A DNA stretch of 64,000 bases from Limnochordales bacterium (GCA_035304545.1 DATGPV010000061.1:1880-65879), one strand, 5' to 3'. Shown: positions 31,887 through 41,876, numbered from the stretch's first letter. The notes: generated from the sequence alone by a model not told the origin. A program made the numbers and translations.

Positions 31887-33176
31887 CTAAGCTGGGCGCA
31901 CGATGGACACCGCCGCCCGGTCGGGGTCGAAATGTTCCCGCAGCCGCCGGTTGGCCTCTTCTACCGTCACCTCCTGGAGCTGGTCCAAGTAGGCGAACAG
32001 GGACGCACCTAGGAAGTGATAGTAGAGAAAGCCGTTGGCAATAAACTCCAGGGAATCGAAAAACTGCACGAATTCGCCCACCGCCTGGCGCTGCACCCGC
32101 CGCAGGTCCTCCTCGGCCAAGCCTTCGCCGGCCAGCCGCGCCAGCCCTTCCATGAGCCGCCGGTGGAGCTCGTCGGGATCCCGGGTTTCACCGCCGATGA
32201 CCGAGTGCCCGTAGCCCGGCCCCGCCTGATAGCGGGCCCCAAACCCGTCGTCTACCAGGTCCGCGTCGTAGAGTTCCTGGTACAGCCGGGAACTCTTGCC
32301 CAGGGCCGCGGCCAGCACCAGCGACGTGACTACGTCCCGGCGCAGCCATGCCGGACCGCCGGCGGGCGCGCCCGCGTCCTTAAAGCCCAGGGCGTACAAG
32401 GGCCGGGCCGCCGGCAGCACCGCCTCCACCCGGTCCTGGGCTACCCCCGGGGGCTCCTCGGGGTACAGCCGCTCCACCGGCGGGCGGGGGGCGTACCCCC
32501 GGGGCCCCACGTCTGCCTCCACCTGGGCCAGCACCGCCTCGGGGTCCACGTCGCCCACCACAAACACCGCCATGTTGCTGGGGTGGTAAAAGGTGTCGTA
32601 GCACGCGTAGAGCGTCTCGGGATCGATGCGCCGGATGGACTCCACCGTGCCCGCGATGTCGATGCGCACCGGGTGGGCGTGGTACAGCGCCTCCAGCAGG
32701 TTCATGCCCAGCCGGTGGCGGGGCTGGTCCTGATACATCCGGATCTCCTGCTCGATGATGCCGATTTCCTTCTGGACGCCCTCGGGCGTGAAGTGGGGCG
32801 CCTGCACAAAGTCCAGCAACCGGTCCAGCGCGGCCTCAAAGTTGTCGGTGGTGGAAAACAGGTAGCTGGTCATGGTGTGGCTGGTGTAGGCGTTGACCGA
32901 CGCGCCCAGGGCCGCGAAGCTGTTGAACACATGCCCCTCTTCGTCTTCAAACAGCTGGTGCTCCAGAAAATGGGCGATGCCGTCGGGCACCTCCAGCTCC
33001 TGGCCGGTGCCCGGACGGCGAAACCGGTTGTCGATGGACCCGTAGCGGGCCGAAAACACCGCGTAGCGCTTCTGGAAACCGGGCCGCGGCATGACGAACA
33101 CTTCCAGCCCCGAGGGCAGCCGCGTGAAGACGACCCGCTCTTCCAAAAGTTGGCTGTACATGGTCTGCCAGGCCAT
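31887..33176 (-). CDS. M16-family zinc peptidase (active subunit, HxxEH)
   Basis: 429 aa with GIAHFLEHQLFEDE (inverted zinc motif HFLEH). Confidence 0.85.
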   Translation of the reverse strand: MAWQTMYSQLLEERVVFTRLPSGLEVFVMPRPGFQKRYAVFSARYGSIDNRFRRPGTGQELEVPDGIAHFLEHQLFEDEEGHVFNSFAALGASVNAYTSHTMTSYLFSTTDNFEAALDRLLDFVQAPHFTPEGVQKEIGIIEQEIRMYQDQPRHRLGMNLLEALYHAHPVRIDIAGTVESIRRIDPETLYACYDTFYHPSNMAVFVVGDVDPEAVLAQVEADVGPRGYAPRPPVERLYPEEPPGVAQDRVEAVLPAARPLYALGFKDAGAPAGGPAWLRRDVVTSLVLAAALGKSSRLYQELYDADLVDDGFGARYQAGPGYGHSVIGGETRDPDELHRRLMEGLARLAGEGLAEEDLRRVQRQAVGEFVQFFDSLEFIANGFLYYHFLGASLFAYLDQLQEVTVEEANRRLREHFDPDRAAVSIVRPA

Positions 33177-34480
33177 CAGTGCCCCTCCTCCTCGGCGCCC
33201 GCCGCGGGGCTGCGCAAGAAGTACACCGTGTCCGGCCGCACCCGCTGGGCCACCCGCACCACGTCGTCCCGGGTGACGGCGCGGATCTCCTCTATCAGCG
33301 CCGGCACCGGCCGCACCCGGCCGTTGATGAGGCCCACCACGCGCCCGCCGATGATGCGCCCGGGGCTGTCCCGGCCCGACAGCAGGGCGTTGATGAGCCC
33401 TTTGCGGGTATGCTCCAGCTCCTGGTCGGCGATGGCGCCGTCGGCCAAGGCCGCGACCTGCTCCCGGATGATGGCCAGGGCTTGCGGGTACTTTTCCGCC
33501 GCGATGCCGGCCACCACCGTCATGATCCCCTTGCTGGCTTCCAGGTGCGACGAGGCAAAATAGGCCAAGCTGGCCTTTTCCCGCACGTTGACAAACAGCT
33601 TGGAGTGGGGAAAACCGCCCAAGATGCCGTTGTACACCAGCAGGGCGGGGTAGTCGTCGTCCGGATAGCGGGTGCCCGTGCGGTACCCCAGGGCCAGCAC
33701 CCCCTGCTGGACGGGCTGCTCTTCGGCCACCACCTGCTCCGGCCGCCCCTGCGGGTCCGGCCCCTGCACCGCGGGGATCGCCCCCTCCACCTGGCCCCGG
33801 GGCAGCGCCAGGTGCTCCTTTACCCAGCCGGCCACCGCCCCGGGCTCCACGGGCCCCACCACGAACACGTCCACCGGGCTGGAGGCCAAAAGGTGCCGGT
33901 AGTGCTCATACAGCTGGCCGGGCCCGACCTGGCCCAGCTCCGCCTCATCGCCGTACTTGTGCAGCCCGAAAGGTTCGCCCCGGCACATCTCCTCCCTGAG
34001 GCGCTTGAGGGCGTACTGGGGCTTGTGGTTGATGGTGCTCTGGATGCGCCGGCGCAGATGCTCGGCTTCCTGGGCCACATACTCCCGGCGGAAGACGCCG
34101 TCCTCGGTGGCCGGGGTCAAGAGCACCTGCCCGAGAAAAGCCAGGGCCCTTTCCGTCAGGCCCAGCTTTTCCGGGAGAAACCGATCGTGGGCCACTTCCA
34201 TAAACAGCTCAATGTTTTGGGTTTCGCCGATCTTGCCGATGTCCACGCTGAACCCGGCGCCGTACATGTTCTCCAAGTGCCGCGCGATGTCCCGGACCGT
34301 GGGCAGGGACTGGGTCCCCCGGCGCAGGACGAAGGGGATGACCGCGGTGCGGGTGTGCTCACCGGCCCGGAGGCTGCGCCGCAGCACCAGCTTAATGGTG
34401 GTGGTCTTGAACTTGTCCGTGGGCGCGACGTGCAGGTGAAACCCCCGGTCGATGGCCATGGTCTCAAATTGTGCGTGCAT
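33176..34480 (-). CDS. M16-family peptidase-like protein (no HxxEH; probable non-catalytic partner)
   Basis: 434 aa with an M16 fold pattern. The equivalent motif region reads IARHLENMYGAG. Its stop overlaps the start of the next M16 gene. Confidence 0.8.
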   Translation of the reverse strand: MHAQFETMAIDRGFHLHVAPTDKFKTTTIKLVLRRSLRAGEHTRTAVIPFVLRRGTQSLPTVRDIARHLENMYGAGFSVDIGKIGETQNIELFMEVAHDRFLPEKLGLTERALAFLGQVLLTPATEDGVFRREYVAQEAEHLRRRIQSTINHKPQYALKRLREEMCRGEPFGLHKYGDEAELGQVGPGQLYEHYRHLLASSPVDVFVVGPVEPGAVAGWVKEHLALPRGQVEGAIPAVQGPDPQGRPEQVVAEEQPVQQGVLALGYRTGTRYPDDDYPALLVYNGILGGFPHSKLFVNVREKASLAYFASSHLEASKGIMTVVAGIAAEKYPQALAIIREQVAALADGAIADQELEHTRKGLINALLSGRDSPGRIIGGRVVGLINGRVRPVPALIEEIRAVTRDDVVRVAQRVRPDTVYFLRSPAAGAEEEGH

Positions 34481-34495
34481 GGATGCACCGCCCCC

Positions 34496-36565
34496 TCACA
34501 GCACGATGGCCACTTCGTCCCGGTCCATGCGGTCCATGCACTCCTGCAGCTTGGCCCGCAGGATGGGGTCTTCCGCGGCCGCAAAGCGCACCTGGCGCAG
34601 CAGGTCGATGCCCCGGCGCAGCGCGTAGACGATGTCGCCCTCGTCCTGGTACGCGCCTTGGAGCAGGCGGCTGAAGGCTTCGCCCCGGCTCCAGCGGTAG
34701 GCCAGCGCGGCCACATGGTCATGGAACCGCACCGTGGAAACCCCCAGGACCCGCCGCTCCACTTCTTCCAGTTCCCGCACGTGGGCCTGCACGGCGGCCA
34801 CGTCAAAGGCGTTGTGGGGGTGGCGGCCTTCGGCGCGGCGCGGTTCGTAGTCGATGGAAACCGCCAGCGCGTTGATCTGGTCGGGATCCAGCCGGTGGAA
34901 CCAGCCCGCGAAAAACAGCTCCGTCACCAAAAGCTCCTGGATGTTGATGCGGGCGGCAAATTCGCCCCGTGCCGTGAGGGTGTCCCCCCGCACGAAATCC
35001 AATTCCTCCAGCACTTGCCGCTTGGCCTCGAATTCCCGGATGAACCGCTCCGCGGGCGGCACCTCGGCCAGCTGCCGCTCCAGCTGCCGCACCCGGCGGG
35101 CCGCCTGGCGCCGGGACTTGCCCTGGGTGCCCTCCAGCTCCGCCAGCCGGGCCCGGGCTTTGGCCAAGGCGGCTTCCAGCCGCTCCCGCTCCCGCTCGGC
35201 CTGGTAGGTGGCGAAATTTTTCCTCAGGATGCTCCGGATCTCGTCCTGGGCGTAGCTGCGCACCAAGTTGAGGACGCTGTTGTAGCTCAAGGTGAAGCGG
35301 CTGCGCAGCGGCTCCACGTCCTGCTCCTGCATGGTGGGATACTCGTCGGGGACGAAGCGGTTGAAGTCTACCAGGGTAAACACGTAGCCCCGCTCGTCGA
35401 TGCCCCGCCGCCCGGCCCGCCCGGCCATCTGGAAATACTCCCGGTTGGTCAGCGGGCGGAAGGATTCCCCGTCCCATTTGGTCATGCCGTCGAAGCAAAC
35501 GGTGCGGCACGGGAAGTTGAGCCCCACCGCGAAGGTTTCCGTGCAGTAGAGCACCCGGATGAGGCGCTGCTCAAACAAGTCTTCCACGATATCCTTGACC
35601 ACCGGCAAGAGGCCCGCATGGTGGTAGCCGATGCCCCGCAAAAGCAGCCGCGTCAAGGTGCCCAGGCGGGGGATGGTGCCGCCGTGCCAGCGTTCCAGGT
35701 GCCCGTCGACGATTTCCTTGACCCGCTGCTTTTCCCGCCGGGTCAAGAAATCGAACCGCTCGCCCAGCTCCACGGCGTTAAGCTCGCACTGGCGGCGGCT
35801 AAAGGTGAAAAACAGGCACGGCAGATAGCGGCGGCGGATTTCCTCGATGAGATCCACATGGGTGGTGCGGGGAAACTCCAGGCGCAGCCGGCCGTTGGGC
35901 CGCACCCGCAGCCGCTCCGCGTAGCGCTGGTAGCGCTGGGCCAGTTTGCGAAAGGTGGTGATGCCAGCGGTGACCTCAAACATGTAGTGGGTCAAGGGCA
36001 CCGCCCGCTGGGGATGGTGAACCACCTGCACCGGATGGCCGTGCACCTGGGTCACCCACGCGGCCAGCTCATCCACATTGGGGATGGTGGCCGACAACCC
36101 CAAAAAGCGCATGTGGGGCGGCATAAAGATGAGGCTTTCCTCCCACACGCTGCCCCGGGCAGGATCGTCAATATAATGGATCTCGTCGAAGATGCAGTAG
36201 GCCACCGGCCCCAGGCGGGCCGGCGCCTGGTGCAGCATGTTGCGGAAAATCTCGGTGGTCATGATGAGGATGGGCGCGTCGGGCCGGATCACCACGTCGC
36301 CGGTGATGATCCCTACTTGGTCCTCACCCAACAGGCGCTTGAATTCCTTGTACTTTTGGTTGCTGAGGGCCTTGATGGGCGCGGTGTAGACCACCTGCCG
36401 GCCCTGACGGGCCATGGACTCGATCAGGTAGTCGGCCACCAGCGTCTTGCCGGTACCCGTAGGCGCCGACACCAGCACGCTGTGGTGGCGCTGGATCCAG
36501 GCGATGGCCTCCTGCTGGAACGGATCCAGCTGTTTGCCCCTGTATGCCGTGATGCCGGCAGCCAC
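34496..36565 (-). CDS. DExH-box SF2 helicase, Ski2/HelY-like with DSHCT-type C-terminal domain
   Basis: 689 aa: VLVSAPTGTGKT (motif I), CIFDEIHYIDD (motif II), GYHHAGLLP and QMAGRAGRRG (motif VI), then a coiled-coil and a C-terminal domain. Confidence 0.85.
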   Translation of the reverse strand: MAAGITAYRGKQLDPFQQEAIAWIQRHHSVLVSAPTGTGKTLVADYLIESMARQGRQVVYTAPIKALSNQKYKEFKRLLGEDQVGIITGDVVIRPDAPILIMTTEIFRNMLHQAPARLGPVAYCIFDEIHYIDDPARGSVWEESLIFMPPHMRFLGLSATIPNVDELAAWVTQVHGHPVQVVHHPQRAVPLTHYMFEVTAGITTFRKLAQRYQRYAERLRVRPNGRLRLEFPRTTHVDLIEEIRRRYLPCLFFTFSRRQCELNAVELGERFDFLTRREKQRVKEIVDGHLERWHGGTIPRLGTLTRLLLRGIGYHHAGLLPVVKDIVEDLFEQRLIRVLYCTETFAVGLNFPCRTVCFDGMTKWDGESFRPLTNREYFQMAGRAGRRGIDERGYVFTLVDFNRFVPDEYPTMQEQDVEPLRSRFTLSYNSVLNLVRSYAQDEIRSILRKNFATYQAERERERLEAALAKARARLAELEGTQGKSRRQAARRVRQLERQLAEVPPAERFIREFEAKRQVLEELDFVRGDTLTARGEFAARINIQELLVTELFFAGWFHRLDPDQINALAVSIDYEPRRAEGRHPHNAFDVAAVQAHVRELEEVERRVLGVSTVRFHDHVAALAYRWSRGEAFSRLLQGAYQDEGDIVYALRRGIDLLRQVRFAAAEDPILRAKLQECMDRMDRDEVAIVL

Positions 36566-36713
36566 CGGCCCGCCGGCCGCGTCGTCCCCGATGATGGTGG
36601 GATCACTCCAGCCTCTGCGTAACGTTGAGCCGCGTCCACGGGCAAACGCAGCTTCATCCTAGCACAGCCTGCCGGGGCTGTCCACGGCCGCGCCCCCGGC
36701 CCAGGGCGGGCCG

Positions 36714-36722
36714 TGATATAAT
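36714..36722 (+). promoter_or_regulatory. Extended -10 element upstream of queG
   Basis: TGaTATAAT lies about 45 nt upstream of the queG start. No good -35 is present. Confidence 0.45.
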
Positions 36723-36766
36723 CAGTGTGCTCCTGATCTACTTCAGCGAAAGGCGGGCGGACCCTG

Positions 36767-38005
36767 GTGTCCCTGGAAGCCGAAATCAAAGCCTACGCCC
36801 GGGAGATCGGCTTTGATGTGGCGGCCATCGGCCGGGCGGAAAGCTACCCCCGCGCCCGCCGGGTGCTGGAAGAGCGCCGGGCCCACGGCCGCTACCCCGC
36901 CTTCACCGAGCCTGACATCGCCCTGCGCTGCGATCCCCGGCGGCTGCTGCCCTCGGCCCGCTCCGTCATCGCCCTGGGCGTGTCCTATTTGACCCCCCAC
37001 CGCTCCCGGGCCACCCGGGCCGGTGACGACCCCCGGGGCCAGCTGTCCCGCTACGCGTGGGGCCAAGACTACCACCCGGTGCTGCGGGAGCGCATGCAAA
37101 AGCTCATCGACTTTCTCGCCCAGCGGGTCCCCCATCTGGAAGCCCAGGCCTTTGTGGACACGGGCCCGCCGGTGGACCGGGAAGCGGCCGCCGCGGCCGG
37201 GCTGGGCTGGTACGGCAAAAACGCCTGCCTGTATGTGCCCGGCTACGGCTCGTGGGTGTTCTTGGGCGAGATCTTCACCAACTTGGACCTGGCGGCCGAC
37301 CCGCCCATCAGCCTGGACTGCGGCGACTGCGACCGGTGCATCCGGGCGTGTCCCACGGGCGCGATCATCGAGCCCTTCTACGTGGACCCCCACCGGTGCG
37401 TCTCCCACCTGACCCAGATGCCCGGCTTCATCCCCCGGGAGCTGCGGCCGGCCATGGGCCTCAAAGTGTTTGGCTGCGACGTCTGCCAGCAGGTGTGCCC
37501 GTGGAACGAGGACGCCATCGTGGCCGACCGGCCTGAGTTCCGCCCCCGGCCCGAGGTGGGCACCGCGCCGTCCCTCATCGAGATGCTGACCATGACCAGC
37601 GGCCAGTTCCGGCGGCGTTTCGGGCCCACCGCGGCCGGGTGGCGGGGCAAGAAGACGCTGCAGCGCAACGCGGCCGTGGCCCTGGGCAACACCCGCAACC
37701 CAGCGGCGGTGCCGGCCTTGGCTCAAGCCTTGGCTTCCGACCCGAAACCGGTGGTGCGGGGCCACGCCGCGTGGGCCTTGGGGCGCATCGGCGGCCCCGC
37801 GGCCCAGGCCGCCCTGCTGGCCGCCCGGGACCAGGAAGCGGACCCGCAAGTGCGGGAAGAAATCGCCGCCGCGCTGGCCGCGCTCAACGGGCGGGCGGGA
37901 TCGGCATCGGCCGCGCGGCCGGCCCCGCCGGCGCCCGTCAAAGACACGCCCGCACGGCGGCCGCCACCCGCGGCACCATGTCCGCGGTCACGTGCCGGTG
38001 GGTGA
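36767..38005 (+). CDS. queG: Epoxyqueuosine reductase
   Basis: 412 aa: CGDCDRCIRACPTGAI and CDVCQQVCPWN ferredoxin motifs, C-terminal HEAT-like repeats (NPAAVPALAQALASDPKPVVRGHAAWALGRIG), and a low-complexity tail that overlaps the convergent ltaE. Confidence 0.9.
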   Translation: MSLEAEIKAYAREIGFDVAAIGRAESYPRARRVLEERRAHGRYPAFTEPDIALRCDPRRLLPSARSVIALGVSYLTPHRSRATRAGDDPRGQLSRYAWGQDYHPVLRERMQKLIDFLAQRVPHLEAQAFVDTGPPVDREAAAAAGLGWYGKNACLYVPGYGSWVFLGEIFTNLDLAADPPISLDCGDCDRCIRACPTGAIIEPFYVDPHRCVSHLTQMPGFIPRELRPAMGLKVFGCDVCQQVCPWNEDAIVADRPEFRPRPEVGTAPSLIEMLTMTSGQFRRRFGPTAAGWRGKKTLQRNAAVALGNTRNPAAVPALAQALASDPKPVVRGHAAWALGRIGGPAAQAALLAARDQEADPQVREEIAAALAALNGRAGSASAARPAPPAPVKDTPARRPPPAAPCPRSRAGG

Positions 38006-39017
38006 CGAAGCGCACCACCCGGCGGCCAAAGGGGATGCCCAGCACCCCCTGGGCCGCCAGCCGCTGGAGGAAGCCCGCGGCTTCATACCCTTCCGGCAGC
38101 TCAAACATGACGATGTTGGTTTCCACCTGGGCCGGATCGAGAACCAGTCCGTCGATGGCCGCCAAGGCCTCGGCCAGGGCCCGGGCCACCCGGTGGTCGT
38201 CGGCCAGCCGGTCCACCATCGTTTCCAGGGCCACCAACCCCGCGGCCGCCAAGACCCCTGCCTGCCGCATGCCGCCGCCCAACAGCTGCCGCACGCGGCG
38301 GGCCTGGGCGATGAAGCTGCGGCTGCCGGCCAGCACCGAACCCACCGGCGCGGAGAGCCCCTTCGACAGGGACACCATGACCGAGTCGGCGGGCCCGGCC
38401 AAAGCCTGCACCTCCACGCCCAGGGCCACCGCGGCATTGAAGATCCGGGCACCGTCCAGATGCACCTTGAGTCCCAGCTCCCGGGCGGTGTCCGCCAGGG
38501 CCGCCATCCGGTCCGGCGCCATAACGGTACCGCCGCCCCGGTTGTGGGTGTTTTCCAGGCACAACAGCCCTGGCACGGGGAAATGCAGGCCAGCGGGACG
38601 CGCGAGATCCCTCAGCTGGCCGGGCGCGGGAATGCCCCGCCGGCCGCGGAACAGGCGGGGAAACAGGCCCGCCAAACGGGTCACGCCGCCCGCTTCGTAG
38701 TAGTAGATATGGCTGTCCTCTTCCAGCCACACCTCTTGTCCGGGGACGGTGTGGCTGAGCAGCGCGATGAGATTGCCCATGGTGCCGCTGGGGACAAAGA
38801 GGGCCGCCTCCTTGCCCAGGCGGGCCGCGGCCGCTTCCTCCAGGCGCCGCACCGTGGGGTCGTGGTCCAGCACGTCGTCGCCCACCGCCGCCGCGGCCAT
38901 CGCCTCCCGCATCGCGGCCGTGGGCCGGGTCACCGTGTCGCTGCGCAAATCGATGACGGGCGGCTCCTCCGGCGGCGACCCCGCCGGCGGCCCGCCCGCT
39001 CCCGCCAAAGGATCCAA
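37938..39017 (-). CDS. ltaE: Low-specificity L-threonine aldolase
   Basis: VIDLRSDTVTRPTAAMREAMAAAAVGDDVLDHDPTVRRLEE...FVPSGTMGNLIAL...SLSKGLSAPVGS (PLP Lys). Confidence 0.9.
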   Translation of the reverse strand: MDPLAGAGGPPAGSPPEEPPVIDLRSDTVTRPTAAMREAMAAAAVGDDVLDHDPTVRRLEEAAAARLGKEAALFVPSGTMGNLIALLSHTVPGQEVWLEEDSHIYYYEAGGVTRLAGLFPRLFRGRRGIPAPGQLRDLARPAGLHFPVPGLLCLENTHNRGGGTVMAPDRMAALADTARELGLKVHLDGARIFNAAVALGVEVQALAGPADSVMVSLSKGLSAPVGSVLAGSRSFIAQARRVRQLLGGGMRQAGVLAAAGLVALETMVDRLADDHRVARALAEALAAIDGLVLDPAQVETNIVMFELPEGYEAAGFLQRLAAQGVLGIPFGRRVVRFVTHRHVTADMVPRVAAAVRACL

Positions 39018-39074
39018 GGCCTTGCCCCGCCTCCTTGCGTCGGTGTTGGCCGCCCCGCGCGGCCCCGTGGGCCC

Positions 39075-40013
39075 TCAGTCGATGATGAAGACCACCGCGT
39101 AGCGCCCCAGAAAGTCGTACTTCGCCAGTTCCCGCCGGATGCGGTCCGCGTCGGCCCCGCTGACGACGACGCTGGCCCGGAAAAGGTCGTCCACCCGGTC
39201 CACCGCGGTCACCACCAGGGGCAACCGGTACGGGTACAGCTCGCTGACCGCCAGGCGCGGGTGGCGGATGGCCTCGTCGGGATCCCGCACGTAGGCCACG
39301 ATGCCGCGGCCGATCACCATGCTGGCGTCGGCCTCCATGCCGGTATACACCAGCCCGCCCTGTTCGTCTACGATGCGGGGCGACATGCCCCGCACGACGC
39401 CCAGGCCCCGGGCATCCACCACCAGCCCCGTGTACACGGGGCCGTACTGGGCCAAGAGGCGTTCCCAGTGGGCGGCCAGCTGCTGGGGCCGGTCGTCGAT
39501 GCGCACCAGGGACACATCATCCCACCACACGGACCCCCGCATAATGCCGCCCGCCACCGCCGCGGCCCGGGCCGTGCCCGACGCGACGAACTCCAGCTCG
39601 ACCCGGTGCCACCGGCCGTCGGGGGGAATGCCCCGGTGAATGCGGTGGCTGCCCGCGCTGGGATCGTCCCATTCGATGCCCAAGGTGGCCACCGCCGGGC
39701 TGTCCGCCCGCACCCAGCCCGACAGCACATACCGCCCGCCGGCCACCAACTCCAGGCCCCCTTGGCGCCAGTAGGCCTCGCCTTCCCCGCTGCCCGTCGA
39801 CAAGCGCCCGCTGGCGGTGCCGCTGCGGGCCACGCGGCTGTCCCGGCCTGCCTGGTGGGCGCCCACCGCCCGCCAGCCCGCGGGCGCGGCCGTCCCCAGC
39901 TCGAAGTCGCCGTTCTCCAGCAAGTTGACACCGAAGACTTCCTCGGCCCGGGCCTCCCCCGGGGCCAGGCCCAGCGCGCACAACAGGCCCAACAGCAATG
40001 CGGCAGCCCGCAT
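39075..40013 (-). CDS. Secreted two-domain hypothetical protein (CBM/galactose-binding-like N-domain plus uncharacterised C-domain)
   Basis: Signal peptide MRAAALLLGLLCALGLAPGEARA. The NLLENGDFELG...W pattern is typical of CBM4_9-like jelly rolls. I do not recognise the C-terminal part. ATG at 40013 follows GGAGGGA. Confidence 0.55.
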   Translation of the reverse strand: MRAAALLLGLLCALGLAPGEARAEEVFGVNLLENGDFELGTAAPAGWRAVGAHQAGRDSRVARSGTASGRLSTGSGEGEAYWRQGGLELVAGGRYVLSGWVRADSPAVATLGIEWDDPSAGSHRIHRGIPPDGRWHRVELEFVASGTARAAAVAGGIMRGSVWWDDVSLVRIDDRPQQLAAHWERLLAQYGPVYTGLVVDARGLGVVRGMSPRIVDEQGGLVYTGMEADASMVIGRGIVAYVRDPDEAIRHPRLAVSELYPYRLPLVVTAVDRVDDLFRASVVVSGADADRIRRELAKYDFLGRYAVVFIID

Positions 40014-40027
40014 GGTGTCCCTCCGCG

Positions 40028-41533
40028 TCACAGGCGGTAAATCTCCCGGTACTTCTCCTCCAAGTACTGCACGTAAGGCCCGCTGTCCAGCGGCCCGCCG
40101 GTGATGTGCCGGGTCAGCTCCGCCGCATTGAGCATCGCGCCCCAGCGGTGGATGCGCTCTTGGGTCCACACCCGCAGTGTGTCAAAGCGCCCCTGCCGGA
40201 TCTCCGCGGGGATCTCGGGGTGCTCCCGTACCGCCTGCGCAAAATACTGAACGCTGAGGACGTTGCCCAGCGTATAGGTGGGAAAGTATCCCCACGCCCC
40301 CATGGACCAGTGAATGTCCTGCAACACGCCTTCCGCATCGTTGCCGGGCACGATGCCCAGGTATTCCTCCATTTTGGCGTTCCACGCGGCCGGCAGATCC
40401 CGGACCTCCAGGCGGCGCGCCACCAAGGCCCGCTCCAGCTCAAACCGGACAAAGATGTGCAAGTTGTAGGTGAGCTCGTCGGCCTCCACCCGGATAAAAG
40501 ATGGCTCCACCCGGTTGATGGCCCGGTAAAACCGGTCCAGGTCGACGCCCGCCAGCTGCTGGGGAAACCGTTCCGCGAGCTGCGGCAGCCAAAATTCCCA
40601 AAACCCCCGGGAACGGCCCACCACGTTCTCCCACAGGCGGGACTGGGACTCGCTGACGCCCAGGGACGTCTCCCAGGCCAGGGGCGTGCCGTCCAGGGCC
40701 GGCGGGATGCCTTGGGCGTGCAGGCCGTGGCCGGCCTCGTGCAGCGTCGCAAAGAAGCCCGACGCCCAATCGTCCGCGCGAAGGCGCGTCGTGATGCGCA
40801 CGTCGCTTTGGGAAAAGCTGGTGGTAAACGGGTGAGCGGATTGGTCTTGCCGCCCCCGGACGAGATCGAATCCGATGGCCCGCAACACGTCCATACCGAA
40901 GGCCCACTGCTGCTGCGGGTCAAAGGGCTGCCGCAAGAAGGCGTCGTCCACCTGGGGCGCGCCGGCCACCGCCTGAACCAAGGGCACCAGCCGCGCCTTG
41001 AGCCCGGCAAAGAGTTGCTCCACTTCCGCCGTGGTCATGCCCGGCTCGTATTCATCCAAGAGCGCGTCGTAGATGTCGTCCTGGTACCCCAAGTGTTCGG
41101 CCTTTTCGATGGTCAGGGCGACGAGGCGTTCCAGGTGGGGGGCCAAGCGGCGAAAGTCCGCGGCTTGGCGGGCGTCCCGCCACGCGTCTACCGCCAGCGC
41201 CGACGCATGGGCCAGCTCCTGCACCAGATTCGGCGGCAGCCGGCGGGCCCGTTCATACAAGATCCGGGTGCGGCGCACCAGCTGCGCGTCCAGATCCTCC
41301 AGGTCAGGCGCGTTCCCCTCCCGGTCCCGCAACGCGTCCAGGAGCTCGCCCACGCGGGGCGCGGTGAACCGCTCGTGGGCCATGCGGGCCAGGGCAGCCC
41401 GGTGACGCGCGCGGGCTGCGGCACCGCCCGCGGGCATGTACGTCTCTTGATCCCAGCCCAGCACAGCGTCGGCCGCCCGGAGGGCGGCCACATCGGCGAT
41501 GATCTCCCGCAGTTCCCGCAGCGCGTCGCCCAT
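40028..41533 (-). CDS. M32 carboxypeptidase (Taq-type thermostable carboxypeptidase)
   Basis: 501 aa with HPFTTSF and the HEAGHGLH zinc motif. Confidence 0.9.
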   Translation of the reverse strand: MGDALRELREIIADVAALRAADAVLGWDQETYMPAGGAAARARHRAALARMAHERFTAPRVGELLDALRDREGNAPDLEDLDAQLVRRTRILYERARRLPPNLVQELAHASALAVDAWRDARQAADFRRLAPHLERLVALTIEKAEHLGYQDDIYDALLDEYEPGMTTAEVEQLFAGLKARLVPLVQAVAGAPQVDDAFLRQPFDPQQQWAFGMDVLRAIGFDLVRGRQDQSAHPFTTSFSQSDVRITTRLRADDWASGFFATLHEAGHGLHAQGIPPALDGTPLAWETSLGVSESQSRLWENVVGRSRGFWEFWLPQLAERFPQQLAGVDLDRFYRAINRVEPSFIRVEADELTYNLHIFVRFELERALVARRLEVRDLPAAWNAKMEEYLGIVPGNDAEGVLQDIHWSMGAWGYFPTYTLGNVLSVQYFAQAVREHPEIPAEIRQGRFDTLRVWTQERIHRWGAMLNAAELTRHITGGPLDSGPYVQYLEEKYREIYRL

Positions 41534-41549
41534 GGCGGCTCCTCCTGCC

Positions 41550-41876
41550 TCAGTTCGCGGCCGCCTGGAGCTTCTCCCGCAAGGCGTCCTTGGGGAGCAG
41601 CCCCACGATGCGGTCGACCTCCTGTCCGTTGCGGAACACGATCAGGGTGGGAATGCTCATGACCCCGAACTTGCCCGGCGAATGGGGGTTCTCGTCGGTG
41701 TTGAGCTTGTACACCGTCACGCTGTCACCCAGCTCCTGGGCCACTTCCTCCAGGATGGGCGCCAGGCGCAGGCACGGCCCGCACCAGGGGGCCCAAAAAT
41801 CTACGACGACCGGCCCTTCGGCCTGCAGCACCTTCTGGTCAAACTCGGCATCGGTGACGGCCTGCACCGCAGCCAT
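41550..41876 (-). CDS. trxA: Thioredoxin
   Basis: MAAVQAVTDAEFDQKVLQAEGPVVVDFWAPWCGPCLRLAPILEE...; 108 aa. The track ORF is over-extended. Confidence 0.95.
   Translation of the reverse strand: MAAVQAVTDAEFDQKVLQAEGPVVVDFWAPWCGPCLRLAPILEEVAQELGDSVTVYKLNTDENPHSPGKFGVMSIPTLIVFRNGQEVDRIVGLLPKDALREKLQAAAN

Noticed and set aside
33179-36622. Very long plus-strand ORF (1147 aa). Similar long ORFs lie antisense to clear genes: 8410..9684, 11417..13618, 37992..40040, 39998..41662, 43408..45438, 54579..56672 and 60121..62172.
   Set aside because: Each lies exactly antisense to a gene with strong family motifs. Their translations are low-complexity and rich in G/A/P/R/H/Q/V, with no recognisable domains. 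Long stop-free antisense frames are expected in DNA this GC-rich.
37938-38005. 68-bp convergent overlap of the queG and ltaE 3' ends.
   Set aside because: The queG tail here is low-complexity Ala/Pro/Arg, consistent with a late stop codon in GC-rich sequence rather than a functional overlap. It is noted only as an annotation detail.
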